DNA of 31,233 nt from a virus (IMGVR_UViG_3300037608_000180:1-31233), one strand, 5' to 3'; counted from the stretch's first letter, positions 1 through 9,853 are shown. Made by a program: numbers and translations. Notes: generated from the sequence alone by a model not told the origin.

Positions 1-361
1 TCGCCGTCTCATTGCTCGACAACTCATTCTGCATTCCATTGAGTGCAGCCGTTGCGTTGTTGAGCTTGATACGGTACGCATCCGTCTTTTGATCAGCCTC
101 GCCGTAAGCAGCTGCGCTTTCATCGAGCGCTCTCGCCAGAGCGGCTACGATCTCTTTTTGCTGCTCGATCTGTTTCGAGAGCACAGTGTTCTTGGAAGTC
201 AATCCCTCGATGGACCCGGCATTCTCGCCAAAAGCCGACGTCGTTGCCCGGCTCTCGGAAGAGAGAACGCGCATTTCTCTTGCCGCTTGCTGCATGGCGC
301 TGTTGAATGCCTTTTCGCCGTCAAGCGCCAGCGTGGTCTTAATCTCGCGTTTCACTCCCAA
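1..361 (-). CDS. Tail tape measure protein, N-terminus (runs off window)
   Basis: Not in ORF track; read manually from TTG at 361 after SD-like AAAGGA: MGVKREIKTTLALDGEKAFNSAMQQAAREMRVLSSESRATTSAFGENAGS..., open to position 1; coiled-coil-like; lies after the chaperones. Confidence 0.85.
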   Translation of the reverse strand, partial: MGVKREIKTTLALDGEKAFNSAMQQAAREMRVLSSESRATTSAFGENAGSIEGLTSKNTVLSKQIEQQKEIVAALARALDESAAAYGEADQKTDAYRIKLNNATAALNGMQNELSSNETA

Positions 362-549
362 TCACCGTCCTTTCGCTTCTTGCGTTTGATGCCGTGCAGG
401 TGCTCGTCGTATTCACGGCGAATATAAAACAGATCGATGATTGCACCCGGTGCCGTCCTCCAGATCTCTTTCATGGATAGACCGGCAATCAAACCCATTC
501 CAATAAGGCGCAGCAGAATTACCGGTCCGCTGCGCTCTCCGCGTTTTTT
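352..549 (-). CDS. -1 frame extension of tail assembly chaperone (gpT-like)
   Basis: Open frame after slippery A AAA AAC (549..543): RGERSGPVILLRLIGMGLIAGLSMKEIWRTAPGAIIDLFYIRREYDEHLHGIKRKKRKDGDWE*. Confidence 0.75.
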   Translation of the reverse strand, partial: KKRGERSGPVILLRLIGMGLIAGLSMKEIWRTAPGAIIDLFYIRREYDEHLHGIKRKKRKDGDWE

Positions 550-920
550 ATCTCATTAAGGACCTCGTCCTGATCATCATCGGTTTCGCTCCCGTGCCTC
601 ATGCCTTCATTGATGGCACCCATGAGAACGTCTTTGGCTTTCATTAAGGCGCCCGGTTTCATATGGAGCATGACCTTTTCCGCCGTGATGAGCGGATCCG
701 ATGTCCCGTTTTCGTCGTTGTCGATCGCGATCCCCTGATTGACCAAAAGAGCAATCAGCCATGCAAATTCGTCAATGGCGCCAGCGCCAAGCTTTTCGAG
801 TTCCCCAGCCATCTGAGCTAATCCGCCGTATCTCTTTGTGACATCACGCATGGCTGCCGTTGTGAACTCGAGGCGGTACTGTTGCTTGCCTATTTTAAGA
901 GTGAATAGTTCTTCGCTCAT
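519..920 (-). CDS. Tail assembly chaperone (gpG-like)
   Basis: Between major tail and tape measure; acidic C-terminus ending in KN slippery codons; likely start MSEELF at 920. Confidence 0.8.
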   Translation of the reverse strand: MSEELFTLKIGKQQYRLEFTTAAMRDVTKRYGGLAQMAGELEKLGAGAIDEFAWLIALLVNQGIAIDNDENGTSDPLITAEKVMLHMKPGALMKAKDVLMGAINEGMRHGSETDDDQDEVLNEIKNAESAADR

Positions 921-923
921 ATG

Positions 924-951
924 AAAAAGGGCGGTAGTTAATACCGCCCTT
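924..951 (-). terminator. Stem-loop with U-tract after the major tail gene
   Basis: AAGGGCGGTA-TTAAC-TACCGCCCTT-TTT on minus strand. Confidence 0.6.
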
Positions 952-963
952 CCCCTCCTTTCG

Positions 964-1749
964 TTATGCGCCACGCTCAACGAGTGTCAAAGTGGCTGCA
1001 GCGAGTCCGGCAGTAGCCGCGTCAACACGCGACTGAGACGGAGACGTTAGTACTGCCACGGCTGCGGCCGTCGCGATCGCATTGCCCATGGCCACCCAGC
1101 TCGCCGATGTGTAATCCTCAGGATCCAGAGCCTGAGCAACACCGAGCGCCGCGGTTAGCGCCGTTTTGGATGCCGGTTCGCCGACATTGGCAAATTCATC
1201 CAGCCAGGCAATTGCGTCGGCTTCGGTGTCGAAGTCGGCCCAGTCACGGAACGTCTGGTCCGTGTCGTTGACGGACATGACCTCGCCCTCGATGGTCGGT
1301 GTCTGCCACTCGATGGTCTCGCCCTTAGTCTTTGCTTCCTCGGACGGCATCACCCACTGCGTCTTGTAATAACGGAACGCACGGATGCTCCGAACGCCTG
1401 CGAGTTTGCGCACCCTGTAGTAGCCGAAGCCACCGTAAGGCGCATTGTACGTGCCGGCGTCGCGAACCACAGCCTGTCCGTCCACAGTCTTCTCCACGGA
1501 CCCGAGCATCGCAACAATGGCGTCAGCGCTCAGATCCGTCACGCCAAGCGTGATCGATCCGCTGAGAAAGCTCTTTTCCGACTCGACTACCGCGTCATCG
1601 CCGTAGAGCTTGGCGTCCGACCGCTCGATTGAGACGTTCGCTTCCATTGCGTATCCGACCACGAAGCCGGTGCCGTACGTCGGCAAGCTTCCGGCTGGCT
1701 CCGTCGAAATCGGCGCAAATACAGGATGTTTCAATCCTATGTATGCCAT
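964..1749 (-). CDS. Major tail protein (phi13-like) with C-terminal FIVAR-like helical domain
   Basis: MAYIGLKHPVFAP start, LYGDD and TKGETIEWQTPTIEG motifs; C-terminal ALTAAL..ALDPEDYTSASW..SQSRVDAA. Confidence 0.88.
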   Translation of the reverse strand: MAYIGLKHPVFAPISTEPAGSLPTYGTGFVVGYAMEANVSIERSDAKLYGDDAVVESEKSFLSGSITLGVTDLSADAIVAMLGSVEKTVDGQAVVRDAGTYNAPYGGFGYYRVRKLAGVRSIRAFRYYKTQWVMPSEEAKTKGETIEWQTPTIEGEVMSVNDTDQTFRDWADFDTEADAIAWLDEFANVGEPASKTALTAALGVAQALDPEDYTSASWVAMGNAIATAAAVAVLTSPSQSRVDAATAGLAAATLTLVERGA

Positions 1750-2172
1750 TTACCTGATCATTCCTTTCTCTCTGAGAAATTGGTCAAACTCGTCTTCCAT
1801 AACAGCCTGCACCGGGTCCGCTGACAGTTCGTCGGCTTCATCGACCCAGTTGGATGCAGGGATCTTGGAAGTGCCGTAATGCAAATAGAACGCCTTTTCG
1901 GCGTTCCGGATTCCTTTGCGGTCTTTGCCCTGCGGGTAGATGTCCACCCGCTTGATCCCTTCAACCTCGTCGGGCTTTTTTCTGTACCCGACGCTGTTGA
2001 TCATGTCCCCGGTGTGCCTGAATCCGTGAATGGCTGCTGAGAGTTTCCACGCTTTCTTGACTTCCTCGGCACCGCGCATCAGCATTCTGTCGGCCGTTGG
2101 GCTGACGAGCGCTCCCATCCCTTTCATCTGATCGATGATCTCGTCAATACCGGACGTGTTGAACCTCGCCAT
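1750..2172 (-). CDS. HK97 gp10-like tail/neck protein
   Basis: TGDMINS and AFYLHYGTSKIPA motifs; position. Confidence 0.8.
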   Translation of the reverse strand: MARFNTSGIDEIIDQMKGMGALVSPTADRMLMRGAEEVKKAWKLSAAIHGFRHTGDMINSVGYRKKPDEVEGIKRVDIYPQGKDRKGIRNAEKAFYLHYGTSKIPASNWVDEADELSADPVQAVMEDEFDQFLREKGMIR

Positions 2173-2480
2173 CAGTCCACCTCGCAGTCCCAGATGTGGT
2201 GAATGTATCCGGTGTCCTGCTCAAAGTCCGTGAGATGTTCGTGGGCAATTTCGTTGGCCATGAGCAATTGCGTAATCGCGTCAGCCAATGGATCGAATTC
2301 AATTTTCGTGAACCGGTCTATTTGGATTTTGTGGACTGTTTCGACTGCGGCGTTATCCGCCATCAACGGCTTTTCGCCGTACTCGTGCCAGACCGTGTAG
2401 TTCGGCGTGAGCGTGGACGTGTAGTGCGATGCCTGCGGATCCGCTGTGAGCAACAGGTCTCTAAACTCCAATAACGTCAT
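2172..2480 (-). CDS. Putative tail terminator/completion protein
   Basis: Position; QIDRFTK and FEQDTGYIHH motifs. Confidence 0.65.
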   Translation of the reverse strand: MTLLEFRDLLLTADPQASHYTSTLTPNYTVWHEYGEKPLMADNAAVETVHKIQIDRFTKIEFDPLADAITQLLMANEIAHEHLTDFEQDTGYIHHIWDCEVD

Positions 2481-2823
2481 ACGTGCTCACCACCCGACTC
2501 AAATTCAGATCGGTAATCAGCTCGCCGCTTTCCTTGTCGCGGCCATGGAACGCACGCTCCACTTTGTACTGCTTTCCGTCCGATAGCACCACCAACGTCT
2601 GCCGGCTGACCCTTCTGTCCTGCAAGATTCGGATCCTCGCGCTGATCTCCACATTCTCCTGCATTTGTGTTTCGAACACAGGATTTGATTCAAAGTCCAG
2701 CTCGCCGTACCATGGCTGTGAGAATGCCGGCAGCACCGGACCTATCGCCGGCATGTTGCCGGCAGCGGCCGTGTTCTCAATCGAGTACAGGCTGCAGATC
2801 CCTGTGTCAAGTATCAACGGCAT
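2461..2823 (-). CDS. Putative head closure / head-tail adaptor
   Basis: Position; start likely MPLILDTG at 2823; DGKQYKV motif. Confidence 0.65.
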   Translation of the reverse strand: MPLILDTGICSLYSIENTAAAGNMPAIGPVLPAFSQPWYGELDFESNPVFETQMQENVEISARIRILQDRRVSRQTLVVLSDGKQYKVERAFHGRDKESGELITDLNLSRVVSTYDVIGV

Positions 2824-3094
2824 CACGCCCCTTTGGTGAAAGCCACCGCTCACGAATCCGGAGGGATAGCCATTGCGGCATACCTCCGGGTTCGTCACGG
2901 TTCTTATAGCGCCATACGGCGTAATCCACGAGCACCATGAGATCGTCAACATCGTCCTGCAGGTAGATCCCCTTTCTCGTAAGCTCGAGTTCCGCTGACC
3001 GAATTACCGTTGTAAGGTAGGTGTCCAGCACCGTATCGGTCCGGTTGAGGCGTTGCTTAACCAGCGGCAATGCGTTCGTGCTCAGTGCGCTCAT
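2807..3094 (-). CDS. Head-tail connector (HK97 gp6/SPP1 gp15-like)
   Basis: LVKQRL..DTYL..LVDYAVWRY pattern; SD AAGGAGG upstream. Confidence 0.75.
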   Translation of the reverse strand: MSALSTNALPLVKQRLNRTDTVLDTYLTTVIRSAELELTRKGIYLQDDVDDLMVLVDYAVWRYKNRDEPGGMPQWLSLRIRERWLSPKGRDAVDT

Positions 3095-3106
3095 TGTGGG
3101 TCCTCC

Positions 3107-3796
3107 TTATGAAGCGATGGTGTAGGCGGCCGACAAGACGCTGGATGGCGTCATCCCGGTCTTGAATGCCTTGGCCTTGATCGTCACCGGGTCGGTGATC
3201 ACGATAGGCTCGGTATAGGCGATGTCCTCTTCATCCGGCGTGCTGCCGTCCAGGGTGAAGCGGATCGTTGCACCGGCTGTTCCGCAGGCCAGTGCGACCG
3301 GCGTGTTGTCGGCGACTTCCCCGGCTGCCGGATCCGCGGTTGGCGTGGCCGCAACCAGGATGGTATAACCAGCGCTAAGAACTTCCGAACTTACCATTGC
3401 ACCCTTCATCGCGATGGCCTTGATGGTCATCGCTCCGGTGATCTCGATGGGTTCGGCATACTCGTTGCTGTCTTCATCCGGCGTGCTGCCGTCTGTGGTG
3501 AAGTAGATATGAGCGTTGTCTGTTTCGGTGGTCAGCTCCACTGTGTCACCGATTAAAACCGCTCCCGCTATGGGAACCGCTACAGGTGTCGCGCACGTCA
3601 GAGGCGACAGCTCTGTCATGGCGTCAACGAGTGCATCGGTGGCGATCAGATACGCTTCATTGGTGGAGTTTTCGTTCTCCCGGATTGCTATTGCTGCTGT
3701 CATCGCGGCCTCGACTACCGCCCATGACCCGGATGAATAATCCGTTTCATCCAATCCCTCAGCCGTGCTTATGGCCTCATCGAGGGCCGCCATCAC
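3107..3796 (-). CDS. FIVAR-like + two Fn3-associated (chitobiase C-terminal-like) domains; probable capsid extension/decoration
   Basis: Two ~81-aa repeats IYFTTDGSTP / IRFTLDGSTP...TIKA(I/K)A; DNA repeat period 243 bp (3231 vs 3474); no SD before the start. Confidence 0.8.
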   Translation of the reverse strand: MMAALDEAISTAEGLDETDYSSGSWAVVEAAMTAAIAIRENENSTNEAYLIATDALVDAMTELSPLTCATPVAVPIAGAVLIGDTVELTTETDNAHIYFTTDGSTPDEDSNEYAEPIEITGAMTIKAIAMKGAMVSSEVLSAGYTILVAATPTADPAAGEVADNTPVALACGTAGATIRFTLDGSTPDEEDIAYTEPIVITDPVTIKAKAFKTGMTPSSVLSAAYTIAS

Positions 3797-3798
3797 GG

Positions 3799-5247
3799 CT
3801 ACTGAGGGTTTGCTTCATCGCTCGCGAACGACTTGGTGGTTGTCGGGCTGGCGTTGGCGATGTTGACCATCACGAAGCCCTCGCCGTACACCGGCATGCC
3901 ATCGTACCTCGCCGTCCCGCGGAACACCGTCTGATCATCCGTGAATGCGACGTGCTCGGATACCGCCAGACTCGATCCGGCACGCTCCGCCAAGAGATAC
4001 AGCGAGCCGAAGCCGCCGATGATGTCGTTGTCACTGATGAAGTCAAGCTCAACGATGTCGCCGCCCTCGATGGGCATCTGACCGCTTGCACCCGCTACCA
4101 GCGCACCGGCAGCGTTGAAAGCCAGCGCCTGGCTCATCAGCTTCATGTGCGTTTTGCGGTTCATCGCCCAGAACGTACCGCCCGAAGCATAGTTCGGAGC
4201 CGCGACACCGAGATCAAGAAGCAGCGTTTGGAAGAACTGGATAGCCGACATGCTTGTCGGGTCGAACTTGAGCAAATGCGTTGCGCGAAGGTCCGTCCAC
4301 GTCGGTGCGTAGGTCCCCCACCCGGACGGCTGTGAGGCCTGTGCAAGCCTCGTCGCGATGCCCAGTGGCATCTTGGTGCCGGTTCCGAAGAGGATCGCTT
4401 TGTCGACCGCATAGCCGATGGCCTGACCAAGCGCGTCCATGATCTCGGCAAAGAGGTTGATGTCGGAAGTATCTTCGAGCGTCGAGTTCGGTACCGGGAT
4501 ATACCCGCCGACCTTGTAGCCGTCAACCTCGATCTGGTTGAACACGAGCGCAAGCTCGTTGATCTTGCCGATCGCTTCGGTCCAGACACCTTCGGGGATG
4601 GCGCCCATGATGGTCTGCCGCGATTTGCCGGAGACGTTTTTGACGCGAAGATGCTTGAGCAGCTTGCTGTACCGGTGCAGATTGTCGCGAAGCAGATCGA
4701 GCATCACGTCCGGAATGGACAGCTCAGCGCCGGTGACAGCCCGCTTCTGCCCCCTGAAGTCGCGAACACGGCCAAGGAAGCTTTTTACATCCTCTCGGGC
4801 GACAAAAGCCTCGCGCTGTTCAAAGCTGAGGCCGAAATCGAATTTGGTACGATGAGACATAGGATTATCATCCTTTCTTTCTTTGCTTTGATTGGATTCG
4901 GCCGGAATCGGTGCCGGTTTCTTGCTGCGGTCCTCGATCTCCGCCAACTGACTTTCGAGGTCCTTTATTTGGTCCTCGATGTTTTTTTTTGCGCTGGCCT
5001 GAGCTGCTTCCTCGGTTTCCAGCGTTGTCTGGTCCGCCTCGAGTCGCGCCACTTCCGCATCGAGTGTCTGTTTATCTTCCTCGCTGGTTTCCGCGGTGGT
5101 TTCGCCTACCGCGGCCTCGAGTTCTTCCTCGCGCGTTTTGAGGGCTACTCTGCGCTTCTCGAAATCCGGATCCTTTGCACGGATTGCTTCGAGCTGCGCC
5201 TTTAAGGTATCGATCTTCTTACGAAGTACGAGTTGTTTGAGTGCCAT
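3799..5247 (-). CDS. Major capsid protein, HK97 fold, with N-terminal coiled-coil scaffold (delta-like) domain
   Basis: Charged coiled-coil N-terminus; IPDVM, DKAILFGTG..P.GI, FRGTARYDG motifs; after protease. Confidence 0.93.
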   Translation of the reverse strand: MALKQLVLRKKIDTLKAQLEAIRAKDPDFEKRRVALKTREEELEAAVGETTAETSEEDKQTLDAEVARLEADQTTLETEEAAQASAKKNIEDQIKDLESQLAEIEDRSKKPAPIPAESNQSKERKDDNPMSHRTKFDFGLSFEQREAFVAREDVKSFLGRVRDFRGQKRAVTGAELSIPDVMLDLLRDNLHRYSKLLKHLRVKNVSGKSRQTIMGAIPEGVWTEAIGKINELALVFNQIEVDGYKVGGYIPVPNSTLEDTSDINLFAEIMDALGQAIGYAVDKAILFGTGTKMPLGIATRLAQASQPSGWGTYAPTWTDLRATHLLKFDPTSMSAIQFFQTLLLDLGVAAPNYASGGTFWAMNRKTHMKLMSQALAFNAAGALVAGASGQMPIEGGDIVELDFISDNDIIGGFGSLYLLAERAGSSLAVSEHVAFTDDQTVFRGTARYDGMPVYGEGFVMVNIANASPTTTKSFASDEANPQ

Positions 5248-5845
5248 GTTTGATCCTCACTTTCAATATTTCCTGCCATGCCTGATGCTGGCGATTCCGG
5301 AATTGTTCAAAATCCTTTTTGCGTTCGGTGATGTGGTCATGATCCATTTTTCGTGCGGTGACTGATGTCGCGTCGTAGGCCGGGAACGAGACCACAGACA
5401 CCTCGTAGAGTTTGACTTCCTTGAGCGTCCAGTGAACGGACCCATCCGGATTGACGCGCACTTCTTCTCTGATGATGTCGAAACCAAACGAGCACTGGCT
5501 CTTGTCCCCGCGTTTGACTTGCGCGTAAAGGTCCAGAGCGCTTCGGTCATCTCCGTTGATCTCAATGCGGCCCCACAGTCCTCGCGCGTCAACCTTAAGC
5601 TCGAGGGTGCCGGCTTTGTTTCGCCCCAGCAGCAGATGCGTTTCGTGGTCGTTTAGCGCCCGGATATCGTCCGCAAGTGCGTTGTCGAAGGCGTGCTCAT
5701 CCACGCTTTCCGTAGCACCCTGCCACAACTCGTAGTTGGAGTTGAATACCGCGAAATATCCTTCGATGTACTTGGGCTCACCCTCGCCGGCCGTTCGGTA
5801 CTGCGTTTGCGTGGATAGCGTCGGTGGCCTCTTATTTGCTTCCAT
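5219..5845 (-). CDS. HK97-family prohead protease
   Basis: IEGYFAVFN, ALNDH, LLGR, SFGF, LYEVSVVSFPAY motifs. Confidence 0.93.
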   Translation of the reverse strand: MEANKRPPTLSTQTQYRTAGEGEPKYIEGYFAVFNSNYELWQGATESVDEHAFDNALADDIRALNDHETHLLLGRNKAGTLELKVDARGLWGRIEINGDDRSALDLYAQVKRGDKSQCSFGFDIIREEVRVNPDGSVHWTLKEVKLYEVSVVSFPAYDATSVTARKMDHDHITERKKDFEQFRNRQHQAWQEILKVRIKHGTQTTRTS

Positions 5846-7067
5846 CTTTGTCACCGCCTGTTTGTTTCAATTTCCCTTGGTCGCCAATCTTGGCGTATGG
5901 AATGTAGTTTTCAAGGATGGCCAGTTCGGACAATCCATCCCTCGGCGACAACCCGCTCCAGTCCCTCGCTTCGTTGCGGTCTATGATGGCTCGGTCCACA
6001 TAGTTGGCCGCGACTTCGGCAATCTCAGTGAGGCTGTACGAAAAAAGGCTCCGGGGATTGAACCGGAAGTACCAGTTCGGTGAGAGGATCAGTTTCCTTG
6101 TCAACTCCTGCTCGATCCCTCGCGTTTTCGGTAACACGGTGGATGAAATGGTGTTGTTGTAGCTGTCCCTGTCAAAGTCCCCTTCGCCAACAAAAAACGG
6201 CGGCACTCCGAAGATTGCCGCCGCTGTTCGCTTGTCCACCGTCAGACTTTCCTTGATCGCCAAATCTTGGATCGTCAGCGGTTTTATTTCCTTGATGTCA
6301 AACGCCTCGGACGGGATGAACCACGGTTTCCCGTTCTCGCTCGAGTCAAGGTATTGTGCACCAAGTCTTTCCCGTCCTTCTTTACTTGCAAACTCTTCCG
6401 TCAGTCCGTCGACCTTAACGATGATCGACGGTGTTGGCGAGCTCATGAGGTCGTACTTGGTCTTCTGCGCTTGGTAGAGCGTTTTGGCCAACTCGGCCAA
6501 GAGTACCTTGTACCCTCGTCCTCGCCATGGCTTTTGGGGGTCAACGTTGTCTGTAAAGTGCAGTACTTCATCCGGCTCATACCGTCTGCCCTTGTACATG
6601 ACGTAGTATCCGTATCCTGACGGATCATCCTTGATGAGGGTCTGCGTCATGTCAAACGGCTCGAGATCGTCAAGGAGCCCGGTAACGGGATCCAGATGCG
6701 GCAGCAGGATCGCGTTGCCCTCGCCGTCGAGCATCATGTTGCGGACGATCGAGTACACCAGCTGCTTACGCGTTGTGTACTTGTTTGGACTGATATCAAT
6801 CTTTTTGCTCAGTTCGTTTTTGATTCTGACCGCTCCGTCTTTGGTATCGTTCATAAGGTGGATGGTCATGGAGCTTATAAGGTCAGCAATCCGGTTCACC
6901 GGTGTTTGGATCTCCGGGCAACTGGTGAGCGTTCGGTACCCGCCGCCACTGGTGAGCATCGTATACGCCTCCGGCGAGGTCAACCACATGATCCCTGATG
7001 TGGAGGTGCGCTTTTTAGTCCTGCTCTTTTTGATAGGCGGGTCGTTCCGCTCAATTTCGTCTGTCAT
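5832..7067 (-). CDS. HK97-family portal protein
   Basis: [28 protein letters not shown] motifs. Confidence 0.93.
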   Translation of the reverse strand: MTDEIERNDPPIKKSRTKKRTSTSGIMWLTSPEAYTMLTSGGGYRTLTSCPEIQTPVNRIADLISSMTIHLMNDTKDGAVRIKNELSKKIDISPNKYTTRKQLVYSIVRNMMLDGEGNAILLPHLDPVTGLLDDLEPFDMTQTLIKDDPSGYGYYVMYKGRRYEPDEVLHFTDNVDPQKPWRGRGYKVLLAELAKTLYQAQKTKYDLMSSPTPSIIVKVDGLTEEFASKEGRERLGAQYLDSSENGKPWFIPSEAFDIKEIKPLTIQDLAIKESLTVDKRTAAAIFGVPPFFVGEGDFDRDSYNNTISSTVLPKTRGIEQELTRKLILSPNWYFRFNPRSLFSYSLTEIAEVAANYVDRAIIDRNEARDWSGLSPRDGLSELAILENYIPYAKIGDQGKLKQTGGDKDGSK

Positions 7068-8833
7068 TCAAGCCACTTCCTCGCCTCCGTAGATTTTTCT
7101 AGGTTCTCGAGCATTCGGACCACGGCAAACACATCGGCATCAAACACGTCGATGCGATGTTCTTCCTCGATCTTCTGGTACTGGATCATGTCGTCGGTTT
7201 TCTCGATTGCCCGGACGTTCTGAATGCAATACTCGTATGCCGAACTGCCCATGTAGTACAGCTTCCCGTCCTTGGCCTTTTTCTCGATGTGCCGGAACCC
7301 TTCAGATTTCTTGTAGAAGTACTGTGGTTGATCGACAATAGAGAACCCGGCTGCTTTCATCCCTATGAAGTACTCCCTGCAGAACTTACGGTCGTGCCCG
7401 ATCTGCTTGATCTTGAAGCCCATCGCTCGCATGTCCTTGTACCACTTAATGACCTCCGCATGGTTGACGGTGGGATTGTTGCTCATCGTCAACCAGCCAT
7501 CGTCCTTCCAACCGAACAGTGGGATGTTGTCCTCGTCCGCTTTGATGTAAGCCGCGGTTATCGGGAACCACGCGTGTGTGATCGCGATGTCTATTCCTTG
7601 GTACGTTCCGTGAAGTGCTGAGGTTGTTAGATCGTGCAGTTTCGAGAGGTCCGAACCTCCAAACCACGTGATTGGCAGTTTGGCCAATGCGGCAATCTTC
7701 TTGTCGGTTTTCATGTTGGTAAACCCGAGCGCCGCTTCACATTCCCTATTGCTAAGCTGAAACTCGTTAAGATTGAAGTACGCCTGCATCGCGGAGGTGT
7801 AGATGTTCAGACTCTTGGCCAAGAAGTCTTTACGCTGCTGCGGGTCGTTCTGCGCCTGCATCGCGTCGTTCATGATGTCTGCTGGCCGGATCGTCACGCC
7901 GTAGTTCGGGTTCGCCTTCTCATGCTCGATCGGGTTGGTGTAATCCACGTTCCCGTTTGCGTCCTGGTCCGCCTTACAGATAAAAACAAAATAGGCATCG
8001 TCTGAGACGGTGCCTTCGAGTATCTTTTGACAGTACAATAAACGTTGGTAGCAGAACATTACCGTGTTGTCGCCGGCAGTGGTGATGCCGATGCACAGTT
8101 TGTTCGTGTACGCCTTCCCCGATTCCTTGATGACGTTGTACTGTTTGGCATTCCTGTACGCCTGTAGCTCGTCACAGATCTGGATGTTTGAGTTCAGAGA
8201 ATCGTGCGCGTCCGGGTTGGCTGCCAGCGCTTCAATGCGGACCATGCCATCGTCGATGTTCTTGTGCTCAATGCTGTGCTCCATGTTGTTGTCGAGCATT
8301 CGCCAACCGTCCGCCTCAGCGTCCGCCTTGCTGGCGTACATATATGACTGGAGGTTGTCCGCGATGTTGTTGTAGCTTTGCATTGCCTGCCGAAGTGAAG
8401 CGCCGACGATATATACCGAGGACCCGCTTCTGCGTTCCAGTAGCGCAAGCGCCCAGGCGAGTGCTGAGACGAACAGCGTTTTTCCGGATTTCCTCGGAAT
8501 GAAAATAAACGCCTCTTTGAATCGGCGTTCAACGGTTCCGGTAATATAGAACCCGAGAAGGTTGTAAACGATGAACTTCTCCCATGGTTCAAGGTTCAGC
8601 GGCTCGCCCCGCAACGGCGTTGCGTTCATCGCTTCGCCCTGCCGGTGTCGAAAGGTGCGCTCGATGATGCCTATAACGAAATCCGCGTCCTTTGGTTTGA
8701 ACTCCCACCTCGCCGCTTTGAGGTCTTCCAGAAACCTCTTACATGTCTGGATCTGTTCCTTGCATGCGATCTTCCTGCCTTCGACAATGGATCGAGCGTA
8801 TTCCAACACAACATCCGCATGCTGCCCAATCAT
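7064..8833 (-). CDS. terL: Terminase large subunit
   Basis: LEPWEKF, Walker A PRKSGKT, Walker [26 protein letters not shown] nuclease motif. Confidence 0.95.
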   Translation of the reverse strand: MIGQHADVVLEYARSIVEGRKIACKEQIQTCKRFLEDLKAARWEFKPKDADFVIGIIERTFRHRQGEAMNATPLRGEPLNLEPWEKFIVYNLLGFYITGTVERRFKEAFIFIPRKSGKTLFVSALAWALALLERRSGSSVYIVGASLRQAMQSYNNIADNLQSYMYASKADAEADGWRMLDNNMEHSIEHKNIDDGMVRIEALAANPDAHDSLNSNIQICDELQAYRNAKQYNVIKESGKAYTNKLCIGITTAGDNTVMFCYQRLLYCQKILEGTVSDDAYFVFICKADQDANGNVDYTNPIEHEKANPNYGVTIRPADIMNDAMQAQNDPQQRKDFLAKSLNIYTSAMQAYFNLNEFQLSNRECEAALGFTNMKTDKKIAALAKLPITWFGGSDLSKLHDLTTSALHGTYQGIDIAITHAWFPITAAYIKADEDNIPLFGWKDDGWLTMSNNPTVNHAEVIKWYKDMRAMGFKIKQIGHDRKFCREYFIGMKAAGFSIVDQPQYFYKKSEGFRHIEKKAKDGKLYYMGSSAYEYCIQNVRAIEKTDDMIQYQKIEEEHRIDVFDADVFAVVRMLENLEKSTEARKWLE

Positions 8834-9195
8834 TCACGGTTGACCATTCGCAGCGTTTCTGAAAGAAGCGATGGCTTCCCCCTTTTCATTTCGGTGTCAT
8901 TGATCTTCTTGAGCGCAGCAGGAGTTAAACCGAGTTCCCGGGAATAGGCGAGGATGTCTTGTCGGAGAGTTTCGAGAGCCAGATAGAATGGGTTCTTTGC
9001 GGCGTTCGTAGCGCCGCCCTTATTGGTGTATTTGATCATGATCTGACCGCCTGATTTGTCGAACAAATCCAGCGTTTTTTCATAATCTGTCAGCGTCCGG
9101 GCGAACGCTTTGATCGCGTGCTCGAATTCGGGCTTGTGCAGATTCAGAGCGATCATCTTTTTTGTAATATCGTTTTGATATTGTTTTAGTGTCAT
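8830..9195 (-). CDS. terS: Terminase small subunit (P27 family)
   Basis: KNPFY...ELGLTPAA motif; SD AAAGGAG before ATG at 9195. Confidence 0.9.
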   Translation of the reverse strand: MTLKQYQNDITKKMIALNLHKPEFEHAIKAFARTLTDYEKTLDLFDKSGGQIMIKYTNKGGATNAAKNPFYLALETLRQDILAYSRELGLTPAALKKINDTEMKRGKPSLLSETLRMVNRE

Positions 9196-9218
9196 TTCGA
9201 ATCGCTCCTTTTCAGCAA

Positions 9219-9244
9219 TAAAAAAAGGCAGCATTTGCCGCCTT
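9219..9244 (-). terminator. Terminator-like hairpin upstream of terS
   Basis: AAGGCGGC-AAAT-GCTGCCTT followed by a T-run on minus strand. Confidence 0.45.
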
Positions 9245-9348
9245 ATGGTTTACCCCCCTATTGTTGAGATATCTCGGAGAGGGAAAGGGGAGCCCCATCC
9301 GGTGCGTGGACCCCATGCCTCTACTTTCTCGGATGGGGGGGATCCATC
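9245..9348. other. Probable cos packaging region
   Basis: Non-coding gap between HNH and terS, with C/G runs (CCCCCC, GGGGGGG, CCCCATCCGG); this is the usual cos position in HNH-terS-terL phages. Confidence 0.5.
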
Positions 9349-9582
9349 CTAATGCTTCCTCGGTTCCACCTTATTGTGGCAGATATTGCACAAAGCCTCG
9401 CCGTTATTGGGCAAAAAGGCAAGCTCAGGGTGCTCATCGATAGGCTTTATGTGGTGCGCATGCGTCGCTTCCCTACTGCGTCCGTACTTCGCGCATTCTT
9501 TGCAGAGGTGCTTTGCTCGACGCAGTACTTTCTCCCGCCACGCTTTATGTTTGACGCTCTGGTAATGCTTATTGCCCGGCAT
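9349..9582 (-). CDS. HNH endonuclease (terminase cofactor, HK97 gp74-like)
   Basis: CKEC, HHIKP, N...LCNICHN motifs next to terS. Confidence 0.92.
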   Translation of the reverse strand: MPGNKHYQSVKHKAWREKVLRRAKHLCKECAKYGRSREATHAHHIKPIDEHPELAFLPNNGEALCNICHNKVEPRKH

Positions 9583-9637
9583 CTTTACTTAACCTTCTAA
9601 TCTATATAGAATATTATTCACCATAGAGTGAAAGGAA

Positions 9638-9841
9638 ATGAAGGCTGTGGCTGATGATACTGTTTGGTGTATGGCTCTCGACCGCGCGATAGATTGGGGC
9701 TATTGCATGGACCTCGAAATGGCGACTGACAACATGATCATCTGGGAAGGATTAGAAGACCGGTTCTCTGATAATCAAATGTTGAAATGTCGGCAATGCA
9801 TGAATCGAGTAAATCCCGTCTTTGTAGAAGACAAAGCATAA
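9638..9841 (+). CDS. Small hypothetical protein, antisense to late operon
   Basis: GAAAGGA upstream; 67 aa with Cys residues including CRQC. Confidence 0.5.
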   Translation: MKAVADDTVWCMALDRAIDWGYCMDLEMATDNMIIWEGLEDRFSDNQMLKCRQCMNRVNPVFVEDKA

Positions 9842-9853
9842 TTCAGATAACCT

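Noticed and set aside
3107-3600. DGR template/variable repeat pair
   Set aside because: Both repeats are in-frame domains of one ORF, differences are not adenine-specific, and there is no reverse transcriptase in the window
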